This document shows positions 1-9,307 of a DNA stretch of 64,000 nt, in pieces; the stretch's first letter is position 1, and each line of letters begins with the position of its first letter. This DNA is from Candidatus Omnitrophota bacterium (lineage in GTDB: Bacteria > Omnitrophota > Gorgyraeia > VGKH01), in assembly GCA_022703055.1 (NCBI GenBank), contig JAKLEP010000001.1:26850-90849 (forward strand), read 5' to 3'. The notes below the pieces were generated by a model. The model did no database searches. It had not been told where the DNA came from and saw only the letters and a program-made list of their open reading frames with translations. A program made the translations under genes and the position numbers.

Positions 1-485
1 ATTTCGACTAGCTTACCTTTAATATTCGGAGCAACCATAATCTTGTGTTCCAATAAAGGCGTCTCTTGCACTACGCCCAGGATATCGCCGGAGACTACGT
101 CTTGGCCTTCTCTAGCTATCGGTTTAAAATGCCATCTTTTATTGTAATCAAGCGCAGAGATATCCACGCCACGGGGGATAAAATCGCCGCTTGCCTGCCT
201 TATTACATTAAGAGGTCTTTGTATCCCGTCGTAAATGGAACTGATTAAACCAGGGCCCAGCTCTACGGTTAATGGTTCGTTGGTCAGATAAATCGGCTCA
301 CCCGGACCGATTCCCGCCGTCTCTTCATATACCTGGATATAGGCAAGGTCATTTTTTAATTCAATGATCTCTCCGATTAACTTTTTTTCCGAGACGCGCA
401 CGATATCATACATTTTGCTGCCGGCGCAGCCGCTGGCGATAACCAAAGGGCCTGATACTTTAATAATTTTTGCTTCTTTTTTCAT
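1..485 (-). CDS. atpA: A/V-type ATP synthase catalytic subunit A, N-terminal part (gene continues beyond window start)
   Basis: Minus-strand frame open to the window edge, with ATG at 485-483 directly after the subunit F stop. My translation MKKEAKIIKVSGPLVIASGCAGSKMYDIVRVSEKKLIGEIIEL..IQVYEETAGIGPGEP..ELGPGLISSIYDGIQRPL fits the subunit A N-terminus. Absent from the ORF track because it is truncated. Confidence 0.85.
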   Translation of the reverse strand, partial: MKKEAKIIKVSGPLVIASGCAGSKMYDIVRVSEKKLIGEIIELKNDLAYIQVYEETAGIGPGEPIYLTNEPLTVELGPGLISSIYDGIQRPLNVIRQASGDFIPRGVDISALDYNKRWHFKPIAREGQDVVSGDILGVVQETPLLEHKIMVAPNIKGKLVE

Positions 486-803
486 TTAGAGCGCTCCTGT
501 TGCTTTAAGGCGTATATCCTTTAATATATTATCTAATAAAATACTGTTGGCATCTTTAGAAAACGGGACAAACACCGGCAAAGTTAGCTGGCGAAAACTA
601 TTTATTTTTTCGATATTAGCATTATAAATACTGTCTTGAATAAGGCAGATGGTGATGTTTGATTCGATTAACTTCTCAATAACTGACTTGAAGTCTTCGG
701 GTTTCTTCAGCGGATAAATATTAAAACCAAGGGCTTCAAAACCCAAAACTAAGTCTTCATCCCCGACGACGGCAATTTTATTATTAAGCAGCTCTTCAGG
801 CAT
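486..803 (-). CDS. atpF: A/V-type ATP synthase subunit F
   Basis: 105 aa. KIAVVGDEDLVLGFEALGF is typical of subunit F, and its position immediately upstream of subunit A fits the H-I-K-E-C-F-A-B-D order. Confidence 0.75.
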   Translation of the reverse strand: MPEELLNNKIAVVGDEDLVLGFEALGFNIYPLKKPEDFKSVIEKLIESNITICLIQDSIYNANIEKINSFRQLTLPVFVPFSKDANSILLDNILKDIRLKATGAL

Positions 804-1599
804 ATACCTCGCTTAACCTTTCCTTTACCAAATCCTTGGATAAATCATTTAATTTTGCCAAAATAATCATCCGTACAAGATTAATTTCATTAGTTTTAGC
901 AAAATAATATGCTATCAAAGGCTCGGGGCCGTAACTGATGTATTTTGCCGGTTTTAATATTTCCATTAGGAAATCATTTATTGCTTTTTCTAACATCAAA
1001 AATGATTTCTTCTCCACAAGATTTCTGATTGCATCCTTCAAAAATATACTATAGTCGATTAAACCGCTATCTTTATGCACATATTCTAAACGCGCGATAA
1101 AAAATGATAAGTCTTGCTGATATAGCTTTAATAATGTCTCCTTGGATACAAAACCTCCTTCTAACACAAGATTCTGAAGCTTATCTATTTTTTCTTTTAA
1201 TAAATACAACCTCAAGAAGGTCTTAATATTATGCATATCAACGGCATGTCTTATATAATCCTCTAAAAATCCGCCGAATTTCAACTGCACTATTTTTTGC
1301 ATTTCAGAGATGCTGTCTTTTCGCACCAATTCTATAAGCTCGTCATCCAAAATAAGGTTTTCCATGAAGGTTTTTAACTTAGCCAATTCCTCACGTAATA
1401 TATTTTCCAAGTCTTGGCTATCATGGATACGCAATAGCCCGTCGCTGTATGAACCGGCTTCAACAAGAATACGCAGCGCCTCGCCAAGATCCGATTCTAT
1501 TGCTTCCTCTAAAGCCTCTTGCTTGATTAAAAACCTCTCCAGAGCCCGAATTCTGCCCACGGCAAAGATATAACCTGAAATTGGCGTTTTATTTTTCAT
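796..1599 (-). CDS. atpC: A/V-type ATP synthase subunit C (d-like)
   Basis: 267-aa helical protein between E and F. It overlaps F by 8 nt, and the call rests mainly on operon position. Confidence 0.6.
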   Translation of the reverse strand: MKNKTPISGYIFAVGRIRALERFLIKQEALEEAIESDLGEALRILVEAGSYSDGLLRIHDSQDLENILREELAKLKTFMENLILDDELIELVRKDSISEMQKIVQLKFGGFLEDYIRHAVDMHNIKTFLRLYLLKEKIDKLQNLVLEGGFVSKETLLKLYQQDLSFFIARLEYVHKDSGLIDYSIFLKDAIRNLVEKKSFLMLEKAINDFLMEILKPAKYISYGPEPLIAYYFAKTNEINLVRMIILAKLNDLSKDLVKERLSEVYA

Positions 1600-2005
1600 C
1601 GAATAGAATTTGAGCTAATTCCGCTTCGTATTCCGGGCGTATCTTAGCCAAATAGAAATTAATGTCCTCTGGAACCTCTTTAGTCTCATCAGAAAAAATC
1701 TGTTTTTTCTTAAAAATATCGTGCTTAATTCCCGATTTAAATCTCTCGAATGCCGAATCAATTAATTCCTGCTTACAAGAAAGCAATTGTTTTCTTACAT
1801 CCAGGCGCGCATTGACGATCAATTTCTGTTTCTCTGCCTCAAAAATCGACTTTTCTCTATCAAGTATTGCCTGATAGGCCCTAGCGGCATCTGCCTTAGC
1901 CTGTTTTAGGATTTCTTCTTTCTCTTGATTTGCCTGTTTAAGAAGAATATCTCTCTGGCCTTTGGCATCATTCATTATGTGGCTCAATATTGCTTCAAGT
2001 GACAT
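1589..2005 (-). CDS. atpE: A/V-type ATP synthase subunit E (short form)
   Basis: 138 aa with a charged coiled-coil N-terminus (KEEILKQAKADAARAYQAILDREK) typical of the peripheral-stalk subunit E. Its position between K and C also fits. Confidence 0.55.
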   Translation of the reverse strand: MSLEAILSHIMNDAKGQRDILLKQANQEKEEILKQAKADAARAYQAILDREKSIFEAEKQKLIVNARLDVRKQLLSCKQELIDSAFERFKSGIKHDIFKKKQIFSDETKEVPEDINFYLAKIRPEYEAELAQILFDEK

Positions 2006-2020
2006 ATCTAGCTTCCTTAA

Positions 2021-2494
2021 TTATATTTTAACCGCCAATAATAATAAGAATCCAGCTGCCAAACCTAAGATAGCATAGATCTCAACAAAAATAGGCAAAA
2101 CTAAAGCCCTTCCTGCCTGTTCTGGCCTTTTGGCGACTAAATATATGGAAGATACTGCGACTTTACCCTGCCATACTGCAGAAATGGCCTCTACTATGCT
2201 TACCAATGTACATATGGCAAATATCTGCAGGCCTTGTGCCAAAGTAGGAATCTTAATTGCATCGGCAAGAAGATTCAGTTTATTGAGCACCAAAAACCCG
2301 ACGAGAAAACCGTAGAACCCTTGAGTCCCGGGGATGCCGATTAACGGTATCATGCGGCCGAATTTTTCCGGGTCTTCCGACAACACCCCGCCAGCGGCCT
2401 GCCCAGCAAAGGCAACTCCGATAGCCGATCCCGTACCTGAAATGGCCATGACTATTGCCGCGCCAGCGAGCGCAAAAATCAAACCTGGTTCCAT
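2021..2494 (-). CDS. atpK: A/V-type ATP synthase subunit K (proteolipid, duplicated hairpin)
   Basis: 157 aa, Gly/Ala-rich, with four predicted TM helices (AISGTGSAIGVAFAGQAAGG). There is a conserved acidic residue in the last helix (VEIYAILGL). Confidence 0.8.
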   Translation of the reverse strand: MEPGLIFALAGAAIVMAISGTGSAIGVAFAGQAAGGVLSEDPEKFGRMIPLIGIPGTQGFYGFLVGFLVLNKLNLLADAIKIPTLAQGLQIFAICTLVSIVEAISAVWQGKVAVSSIYLVAKRPEQAGRALVLPIFVEIYAILGLAAGFLLLLAVKI

Positions 2495-2506
2495 AAAACC
2501 CTCCTT

Positions 2507-4519
2507 TTATTCAAAATTAATATATCTGGTTTCTACCCTAAACGGCCTAAACGGCCTGCCTGTAGTCTTGAAGAATTTGGAGAAAAATTCCACGAACTGC
2601 AATCTAACAGGATGAACAAATGCTCCCAGCAAATTCATCATGAAAGACAAAATATGCCCTCCAACAAAAATCAGGCATAAAATTAAAATGGAAAATGAGA
2701 CTTTAAGCACACCTATATTATTTATAAACGGTATGCTTGAAGGTAAAATGCTACTAAACTGCACGGCAATCAGGTTTATAGTATTTGCCATAACTCCTGT
2801 CACCATGCCCAGCGCCCAAAGCCTGCTATAAGAGAGAATGTCGCTAAGGTACCCGGATAATGCGCTATAAAGATTATACGCCCCATAAAACAGCTTTGAG
2901 CCTATGCCTTTTTCCGAACGGCCTTGAGTCAAAACAAGAACTATGCTTGCTGCCAAAGCAGAATAATTAAACAAACCAGAGAGATTTTTGTTGCCGAGAT
3001 TCAAGAATGTTAACCCAATACCGGTAAGACCGAATAATAATACTAGTGTAGGAACCTGATCTAAAAGAATATCTAAATAGCGTTTATTTTTGACATTGCC
3101 GATAGCAGCTACGATATTGCCGAACCAAACCTGAACGATGCCGAAGCTCAAAGCGATTCCCAAAAGTCTAGTAGCCTCCTTCAGGGGATCAAGTATAATC
3201 AAAGAATCTTTGAATTTCTTTAAAGGCGCGAATGCTGAATTATTTTGCGCTAATAAATCAAATAAATTGCCAAACCAGCTTCCGGTCAGAGCGCCGATAA
3301 TTATGGTGGAAATCCCGCAGTATAAAAATAGACGAAAAGCCTTTTTACCTTGCGGCCCCATCTTAACTTTCTTTAAGACCAGAAAACAAAGCAGTGCTAA
3401 AAGGAATCCATAACCAGCGTCAGAGACGCAAAATCCGAAATACAAGAAGAAAAACGGCGCCAGAAATGGCGTAGGATCTACTTCATTATATTTAGGCATG
3501 CCATATATAGACGTGATGAACTCGAATGGCCTCACAAGTGAATTATTTTCTAGAATTACCGGTATATCATCTGTTTCTTTTGGCTCGGAAACAAAAAAAG
3601 CCAAACTCTCAAATTCTTTAGCTACGATATTTTCCAATGGCTTGACATCTTTTGCCTTAATCCAACCGGTTAAACAAAAAGTATATTTTTGTTTGCTTAA
3701 AATCTTATCTGCCTCTTCTATATTCTTAATGTTCATAAAATAATCATGAACTATCATCAGCCTAAGCTTATCCTGAGCAAGACAGGTTATATCTTTTTTG
3801 ATTTCATCGATACGGTTGTTGATTGACGCAATCTCTCTTTTGATTTCGGAAAGCCTTTCTTCAACAGTACCGATATGCCTGCCCAAAACCACGAAACTAA
3901 AATTGTATTCCTTTAGGATATTCTCAAGCTCCCCTTGCTGTTTCTTATGGCAAATAATCAGGATATGGCTAATAACTTTATCCTGGCTGATAATTTCATA
4001 GAACAGTCTTATATTCTCTTTAACTCGCCTTTTTAACAGTTTCTCCAGGTCGGTATTCTTAATCGCCCCTAACAAAATAGCGCAGCTATTGGTATTATGG
4101 ATTAGCTCGATCGGTATCCTTAAATTACGCCAAGGCGATAAAAGTAAATTTTCCTGCGATAACTTGTCTTTATGCTGAGTAAAATGATGGAGATGCTTGC
4201 GTAAATCGGTCAGCGTCGCGATAAGAGACTGGTAATCGAAACCATTAATAATCTCTGTTATTCTGCCCTTAAAAACCCAAGGCTTCATAGAAAACATGCT
4301 CTCTAAGAAGTTGGCTGTTTGCTTAAAACCCGATAGAAAAGAAATAGATTCTTCTATTTCGACAAGATTAAAGCTGGTTTTATTTATAGAAGGCACTTGA
4401 TTTTCTTGTTGGGCTTGAGTTATTTCTACCATGCCCAGCTGTTGAATGCGGGAGATAAAGTCATCTTTGTCTTTTTCTAAGCCTATAACTTCTATTTTTT
4501 TAATCTTGGCTATGGCCAT
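2507..4519 (-). CDS. atpI: A/V-type ATP synthase subunit I (a-like stator)
   Basis: 670 aa with a soluble coiled-coil N-terminal half and a polytopic C-terminal half containing the conserved Arg region (SYSRLWALG). Confidence 0.8.
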   Translation of the reverse strand: MAIAKIKKIEVIGLEKDKDDFISRIQQLGMVEITQAQQENQVPSINKTSFNLVEIEESISFLSGFKQTANFLESMFSMKPWVFKGRITEIINGFDYQSLIATLTDLRKHLHHFTQHKDKLSQENLLLSPWRNLRIPIELIHNTNSCAILLGAIKNTDLEKLLKRRVKENIRLFYEIISQDKVISHILIICHKKQQGELENILKEYNFSFVVLGRHIGTVEERLSEIKREIASINNRIDEIKKDITCLAQDKLRLMIVHDYFMNIKNIEEADKILSKQKYTFCLTGWIKAKDVKPLENIVAKEFESLAFFVSEPKETDDIPVILENNSLVRPFEFITSIYGMPKYNEVDPTPFLAPFFFLYFGFCVSDAGYGFLLALLCFLVLKKVKMGPQGKKAFRLFLYCGISTIIIGALTGSWFGNLFDLLAQNNSAFAPLKKFKDSLIILDPLKEATRLLGIALSFGIVQVWFGNIVAAIGNVKNKRYLDILLDQVPTLVLLFGLTGIGLTFLNLGNKNLSGLFNYSALAASIVLVLTQGRSEKGIGSKLFYGAYNLYSALSGYLSDILSYSRLWALGMVTGVMANTINLIAVQFSSILPSSIPFINNIGVLKVSFSILILCLIFVGGHILSFMMNLLGAFVHPVRLQFVEFFSKFFKTTGRPFRPFRVETRYINFE

Positions 4520-4520
4520 A

Positions 4521-4832
4521 TTATTCTATCTGTTTTTTAAGAAATCCCACGGCCTTATCCAACCTGGATGAGGCTTTTTCTTTTAAGACTGCAATATCTT
4601 TTTCGTTATTTTGTTTTAAAGCCGCAATTTCTTGGTTGGCTTGCTGCTGGGTCTGTTCTTTTATGCGCAAGCTTTCTGATTTTGCCCGGTCTTTCGCCTC
4701 TTTTATAATCGCATCAGCCTGTTTTTTTGCGGTGCTCAAGATTTCCTGCGCCTCTTTTTTAGCCAACTCAATGACATATTGCGCCTGCTGTTCGGTCTGC
4801 TTTACATTATCTAACGCGGTTTTCGAATCCAT
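4521..4832 (-). CDS. Putative A/V-type ATP synthase subunit H/G-like stalk protein
   Basis: 103-aa all-helical, Lys/Glu/Gln-rich protein. It is the first gene of the ATPase cluster and sits 1 nt upstream of subunit I. Confidence 0.45.
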   Translation of the reverse strand: MDSKTALDNVKQTEQQAQYVIELAKKEAQEILSTAKKQADAIIKEAKDRAKSESLRIKEQTQQQANQEIAALKQNNEKDIAVLKEKASSRLDKAVGFLKKQIE

Positions 4833-5480
4833 TTATATCAATCCTTCAATTAACTTTAATGGGTCTTTGGCCTCTAAAATCGGACGGCCCATGACGATAA
4901 AATCTGCGCCCGCCTCAATTGCTTCTTTAGGAGTCGCTACCCTTTTCTGGTCATTGGCTTGCGCATCTTTAGGTCGTATCCCGGGATTCACTACCAAAAA
5001 ATCCTTACCTAATTCTTTTTTGATCATTTTTGTCTCAGCCACAGAACAAACTACGCCGTCTAATCCTGCTTCTTTGGCAAGCCTTGCCAAATCCAAAACT
5101 CTATTCGCCGTATTATCTTCACTCTGGCTGGTCAAAATGGTTACGCCGACGATCTTTGGCCGGTTGGGAACACTGGCTGCAGCCTGAAGCATCTCTTTTC
5201 CTCCGGATAGATGCACGGTGAGCATAAATACCCGAAGTTTGCTAGCTGCCTCTACGGCTTTTTTAACTGTATTAGGTATGTCGTAAGATTTTAAATCTAG
5301 GAATACCTTGGCTCCCTTTTTAGTGATCATTTGCACTGCTTGCGGTCCGCAAGCAGTAAACAATTGACTGCCAACCTTAAACATGTTTACCGCAGGACAA
5401 AGTTTATCTACAAACTTTTCTGCTTCGCCGAGGGTATCCACATCCAAAGCCACAATCAGTTTATCTTTGATATCTAACAT
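4833..5480 (-). CDS. pyrF: Orotidine 5'-phosphate decarboxylase
   Basis: 215 aa. Motifs LIVALDV, FLDLKSYDIPNT and IVMGRPI are characteristic of type 1 PyrF. Confidence 0.9.
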   Translation of the reverse strand: MLDIKDKLIVALDVDTLGEAEKFVDKLCPAVNMFKVGSQLFTACGPQAVQMITKKGAKVFLDLKSYDIPNTVKKAVEAASKLRVFMLTVHLSGGKEMLQAAASVPNRPKIVGVTILTSQSEDNTANRVLDLARLAKEAGLDGVVCSVAETKMIKKELGKDFLVVNPGIRPKDAQANDQKRVATPKEAIEAGADFIVMGRPILEAKDPLKLIEGLI

Positions 5481-6385
5481 TTTATCGAACCGATTAAATC
5501 TTCTATATCCTTTATCTTTTGCGCCTGCAAATATCGCTTTATTCCGTCAACTATTTCTATTGAAGCGCTGGGATTTACAAAGCTGCCTGTGCCAACCGCT
5601 ACTGCAGTTGCTCCTGCAACAATAAATTCCATGGCATCCTCGGTATTCATAATCCCGCCCATACCGATAACCGGCACATAAACTGTGCGAGAAACTTCCC
5701 AGACCATGCGCAGCGCAATTGGCTTAATAGCTGGCCCGCTTAATCCTCCGGTGACATTCGCCAACTTGGGTCGCCTGGAATCCTTGTCCACTGCCATAGC
5801 CAAGAAGGTATTGACTAAGCTTATTGCATCGGTATCGGCAGCGGTTGCCGCTCGAGCAATTAAGCCGATATCGGTAACGTTGGGTGTGAGTTTAGTGATA
5901 AGCGTTAGTTTGGTGGCAGCGCGCACGGCTCTGACTACGCGATAGGTTGCTTTGTCTAATTGCGAAACCATGCGACTTGTCCCCAAATTAGGGCAGGACA
6001 AATTAAGCTCAATTGCCGAGACTCCATTTGTCTTGTTTAAAATCTTAGCTAATTCTACAAATTCTGAATCGTTATCTGCGGAAATGCTGACAATTATAGG
6101 AACGCCGATTTTTTTTAAAAAAGGCAATTTATCTTTGATAAAGACCTTTATCCCGGGATTTTCTAAGCCAATGGCATTAAGCATGCCGGCTGCTGTCTCG
6201 ACGGTGCGCGGCGGAGGATTTCCTTTTCTAGGCTTTAAAGTTATGGTTTTAGTAACGATCGCGCCTAATTTTTTAAGGTCCATTAAAGAGGAGAACTCCT
6301 CGGCATAGCCGAAAGTCCCGGATGCTACCATCACCGGATTTTTTAATTTTAATTTACCAATTTTTACAGATAAATCAGGTTTCAT
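5474..6385 (-). CDS. pyrD: Dihydroorotate dehydrogenase, class 1B catalytic subunit
   Basis: 303 aa. Motifs NPVMVASGTFG, GLENPG, IELNLSCPN and GGLSGPAIKPIALR match. A pyrK partner lies elsewhere in the window. Confidence 0.9.
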   Translation of the reverse strand: MKPDLSVKIGKLKLKNPVMVASGTFGYAEEFSSLMDLKKLGAIVTKTITLKPRKGNPPPRTVETAAGMLNAIGLENPGIKVFIKDKLPFLKKIGVPIIVSISADNDSEFVELAKILNKTNGVSAIELNLSCPNLGTSRMVSQLDKATYRVVRAVRAATKLTLITKLTPNVTDIGLIARAATAADTDAISLVNTFLAMAVDKDSRRPKLANVTGGLSGPAIKPIALRMVWEVSRTVYVPVIGMGGIMNTEDAMEFIVAGATAVAVGTGSFVNPSASIEIVDGIKRYLQAQKIKDIEDLIGSIKC

Positions 6386-6405
6386 ATTTAATAATTACAG
6401 ACCCT

Positions 6406-6927
6406 CTATTTAAAAAATATTAATCCCAAGATAGCCGAAATTGTTAAAGCTAGAATAGGATGAATTTTTAAAACCCAAACTCCAGCTACTACTAAAATAA
6501 GGACTATTACAGATTTATAGTCTGTAATGGCGATTTTGGCTACGCTCAAGACCGCAACGACAATCAATCCTAACACCGCCGGCCTTAATCCGCTAAAGGC
6601 AGCTTTAACCATATTATTATCCTGGAATGAAAAAAACACCGAAGCAATTGCCCAAATTATCAGAAAAGAAGGCAAGACCACGCCCAGCGTTGAGAAGACT
6701 GCTCCCCAAAATGTGGCCACTTTATAACCTACAAACGTTGCTGAATTTACCGCTATCGGCCCAGGCGTCATCTCGGCAATAGCAACGAGATCAACAAACT
6801 GCTCAGTAGTTAACCAATGGTATTTATTAACGATCTCTTTCTCGATTAGAGGAATCATTGCATATCCGCCGCCAAAAGTAAAGAGCCCTATTTTAAAAAA
6901 CTCAAAGAAAAGTCTTGCCAGAATCAT
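6406..6927 (-). CDS. Chromate transporter (CHR) family protein, half-size
   Basis: 173-aa membrane protein. FGGGYAMIPLIEKEIV and TPGPIAVN are typical CHR family motifs. Confidence 0.7.
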   Translation of the reverse strand: MILARLFFEFFKIGLFTFGGGYAMIPLIEKEIVNKYHWLTTEQFVDLVAIAEMTPGPIAVNSATFVGYKVATFWGAVFSTLGVVLPSFLIIWAIASVFFSFQDNNMVKAAFSGLRPAVLGLIVVAVLSVAKIAITDYKSVIVLILVVAGVWVLKIHPILALTISAILGLIFFK

Positions 6928-6970
6928 GATTTTAAACCTCCCATCAAAAAATTGATTCTATGCATAGCTC

Positions 6971-8146
6971 TTATATTTTTTCAAACCTTCTTTTCCATAT
7001 CAACCAGAAGACCGGCAGAGAAATAATTTCAATAATTACACAAAAACTTATCAAATATTGTATAGAAACATTATAAATAAATCCCATAATACTTGAGCCG
7101 ACAAACCAGCTAAGGCCGTAAGCGGTATTGAAAATGCCATAAGCCATACCACGAGTTTCGATAGAGACCATATCGGCTATTGCGGCGCGCATTATCGTCT
7201 CCTGCATCCCCATTACCGCCCCCCAAAGCGCAACTGCAATCCAGATAAAACCGTAATTAGATGAAAAGGCAAAAAATGGGATAAAAATCCCGATTATAGG
7301 TATACCGAAGAGACTAGTCAACCCTACTCGATCATAAGCTCTTCCGACGATCAGCGCCACTATGCCATCTATGCCCATGGCGAAAGCAAAAAGCAACGGG
7401 ATCTGGGCGTCGGAAACAATAGCCTGATTTTTAAGATGATAAGAAATTATCTGAAAGGACGCGTATCCACCCAAACTGAAAACAATAAACAAGGTATACA
7501 ACCAAAATACCGCAGGGAGCTTACCCTTTGGTGTCTTCTTAGACATATCATGCCCGGATAATAACGCCGCCTGCACAGGATAGCGCCATTTCGCGAAGAA
7601 TATCACCATTAAAGTTAATATGGCGGGTACAAAGAGGACTGCCAGGCTGCTGCGGTATCCTCGATTCAGATAAAGGAACAAAGATATCAGAAGCGGCCCG
7701 CCGATGGCGCCTATCTGATCTAATGCTTCGTGTATACCGAAACCTTTGCCTCTCCCTACTTTTTCGGTAACCGCAGATAGAAGGACGTCTCGCGCCGGTG
7801 TGCGTATCGCCTTGCCTAATCTTTCCAAAACAAATAAGAGGCTGGCTATCTGCCAATTCCCGGAGAGGGCAAGCAAAGGAACGGCAAATACGCTTAAGGC
7901 GTATCCTCCGATAGTAAGAGCCCAATAACTCTTAAATCGGTCGCTTAAATATCCGGAAAAAAGGCGCAGGCCATAGCCGATAAATTCTCCCAGGCCAGCA
8001 ACTACGCCCACTATACCGGCTCCCGCCCCTAAATAAAGCAGAAACGGCCCGCCGATACTTCTTCCGCCTTCATATACAATGTCGGCAAAGAGGCTGACTA
8101 TGCCTAAGATTACGATGAATTTTATGGCCTTAGCTTTATCATTCAT
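6971..8146 (-). CDS. MFS transporter
   Basis: 391 aa with about 12 predicted TM segments and an MFS-like loop (GYLSDRFKSYW). Confidence 0.7.
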   Translation of the reverse strand: MNDKAKAIKFIVILGIVSLFADIVYEGGRSIGGPFLLYLGAGAGIVGVVAGLGEFIGYGLRLFSGYLSDRFKSYWALTIGGYALSVFAVPLLALSGNWQIASLLFVLERLGKAIRTPARDVLLSAVTEKVGRGKGFGIHEALDQIGAIGGPLLISLFLYLNRGYRSSLAVLFVPAILTLMVIFFAKWRYPVQAALLSGHDMSKKTPKGKLPAVFWLYTLFIVFSLGGYASFQIISYHLKNQAIVSDAQIPLLFAFAMGIDGIVALIVGRAYDRVGLTSLFGIPIIGIFIPFFAFSSNYGFIWIAVALWGAVMGMQETIMRAAIADMVSIETRGMAYGIFNTAYGLSWFVGSSIMGFIYNVSIQYLISFCVIIEIISLPVFWLIWKRRFEKI

Positions 8147-8150
8147 AATT

Positions 8151-9293
8151 TTAAAAACTGGGCTCTATGCAAAGAATCTTGTACTTCTTGAATCCTTTTA
8201 AGCCTCCGATAAAGAAACTTAAGTTCGTAAGATATTTCATCTTGCACCAGAACCAAAATTTAGATTTCGGTTCCATGGAAAGGTTCCACTTCACATACTG
8301 GTAAGCAAAATATAATGTTAACAAGGCGCTAATTATTGTAAAAATCACTGCAGCCTTGCCGACGAGGCTCAAAACCAAGCCGATAATCGTCAATAAACTA
8401 AATATATGCAAGAGATGAAAATTGCCGATATAAATAAAACCGGCGAGCGGAAACGGAAAATGTATCGCAGGATTACCTTTTATAAACTGGAGTATAATCT
8501 CCATTCTTTTCTTTTTAAGATATTTCTTAAGGAGTGGCATATGCGCCGCCCCGTAGGCAACCCAAACTTTTCGCAGCGCCTTTACATCTGCCCGGTGCAT
8601 GTGGTCGACTTTTGCGGTTGGTAGAAAATAATATTTCCAACCCTGTTTCTGATGCTGAAAACTTAAATCCATGTCTTCGCCGGTGGGATTATCCCAGAAA
8701 CGCGCTCCGATTTTTTTCATTGCTGCGACTTTGTAGGCGACGTTGCAGGTACCAAAGAAATACGCCCTGTGTCCTGCTACCTGCGTCGGCAAAGGATCCT
8801 CGGGAAGAGTAGCAAAATATCCTTCTTTAATAAAGGCGTAACGCGGGGCAACCATGTTAAAGCGAAAATGCTGGCACCATAGCTCTACTAAATTGTTGGG
8901 ATCAACGCGCAAGGTATAAACTTCCCCGCCCACGGCGGCGATTTTATCGTCTTTTTCAAAGATCTTGAGCATTTGCTTAATCCAATCGGTGCAGGGTGCA
9001 CAATCGGCGTCGGTAAAAAAGATATAATCTCCTCTTACCTGTTCTAATGCTTTATTGCGCGCATAGCCTGGAGACGGAGAGTTGGGTACTTGCACTAATT
9101 TTATAAAGGGGTATTTCTTCTGCCATTGCCCGATGATTTCCAGGGTTTTATCGGTTGAGCCTCCGTCGGCGATTACCCATTCCCAGGAATCGCGGGGATA
9201 ATCCACATCCAAGAGATATTCGAAAGTTTTCTCTATGGTGCGCTCAAAATTCTTAACCGGAATCAGTATGGAGACAAATGGTTGGTTGGCCAT
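8151..9293 (-). CDS. Family 2 glycosyltransferase with C-terminal membrane anchor
   Basis: 380 aa. VSILIPVKN, ADGGSTDKT and FTDADCAP (a DxD-like motif) indicate a GT-A fold, and the C-terminal part is hydrophobic. Confidence 0.75.
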   Translation of the reverse strand: MANQPFVSILIPVKNFERTIEKTFEYLLDVDYPRDSWEWVIADGGSTDKTLEIIGQWQKKYPFIKLVQVPNSPSPGYARNKALEQVRGDYIFFTDADCAPCTDWIKQMLKIFEKDDKIAAVGGEVYTLRVDPNNLVELWCQHFRFNMVAPRYAFIKEGYFATLPEDPLPTQVAGHRAYFFGTCNVAYKVAAMKKIGARFWDNPTGEDMDLSFQHQKQGWKYYFLPTAKVDHMHRADVKALRKVWVAYGAAHMPLLKKYLKKKRMEIILQFIKGNPAIHFPFPLAGFIYIGNFHLLHIFSLLTIIGLVLSLVGKAAVIFTIISALLTLYFAYQYVKWNLSMEPKSKFWFWCKMKYLTNLSFFIGGLKGFKKYKILCIEPSF

Positions 9294-9307
9294 AATTCTC
9301 TCCTTTT

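Noticed and set aside
4636-5187. 183-aa plus-strand ORF antisense to the ATPase H-like gene and pyrF. Many similar antisense ORFs appear in the track, for example 19664-20374, 39852-40397, 56648-57184, 9375-9869, 36486-36878 and 60412-60834.
   Set aside because: They are shadow ORFs opposite well-supported genes. They have Ser/Cys/Phe-rich low-complexity translations, no SD sites and no recognisable motifs.
7548-7925. 125-aa Arg-rich ORF on the same strand inside the MFS transporter gene.
   Set aside because: It is an alternative frame of a convincing 12-TM transporter. Its highly basic, Arg/Ser/Cys-rich composition is typical of out-of-frame translation.
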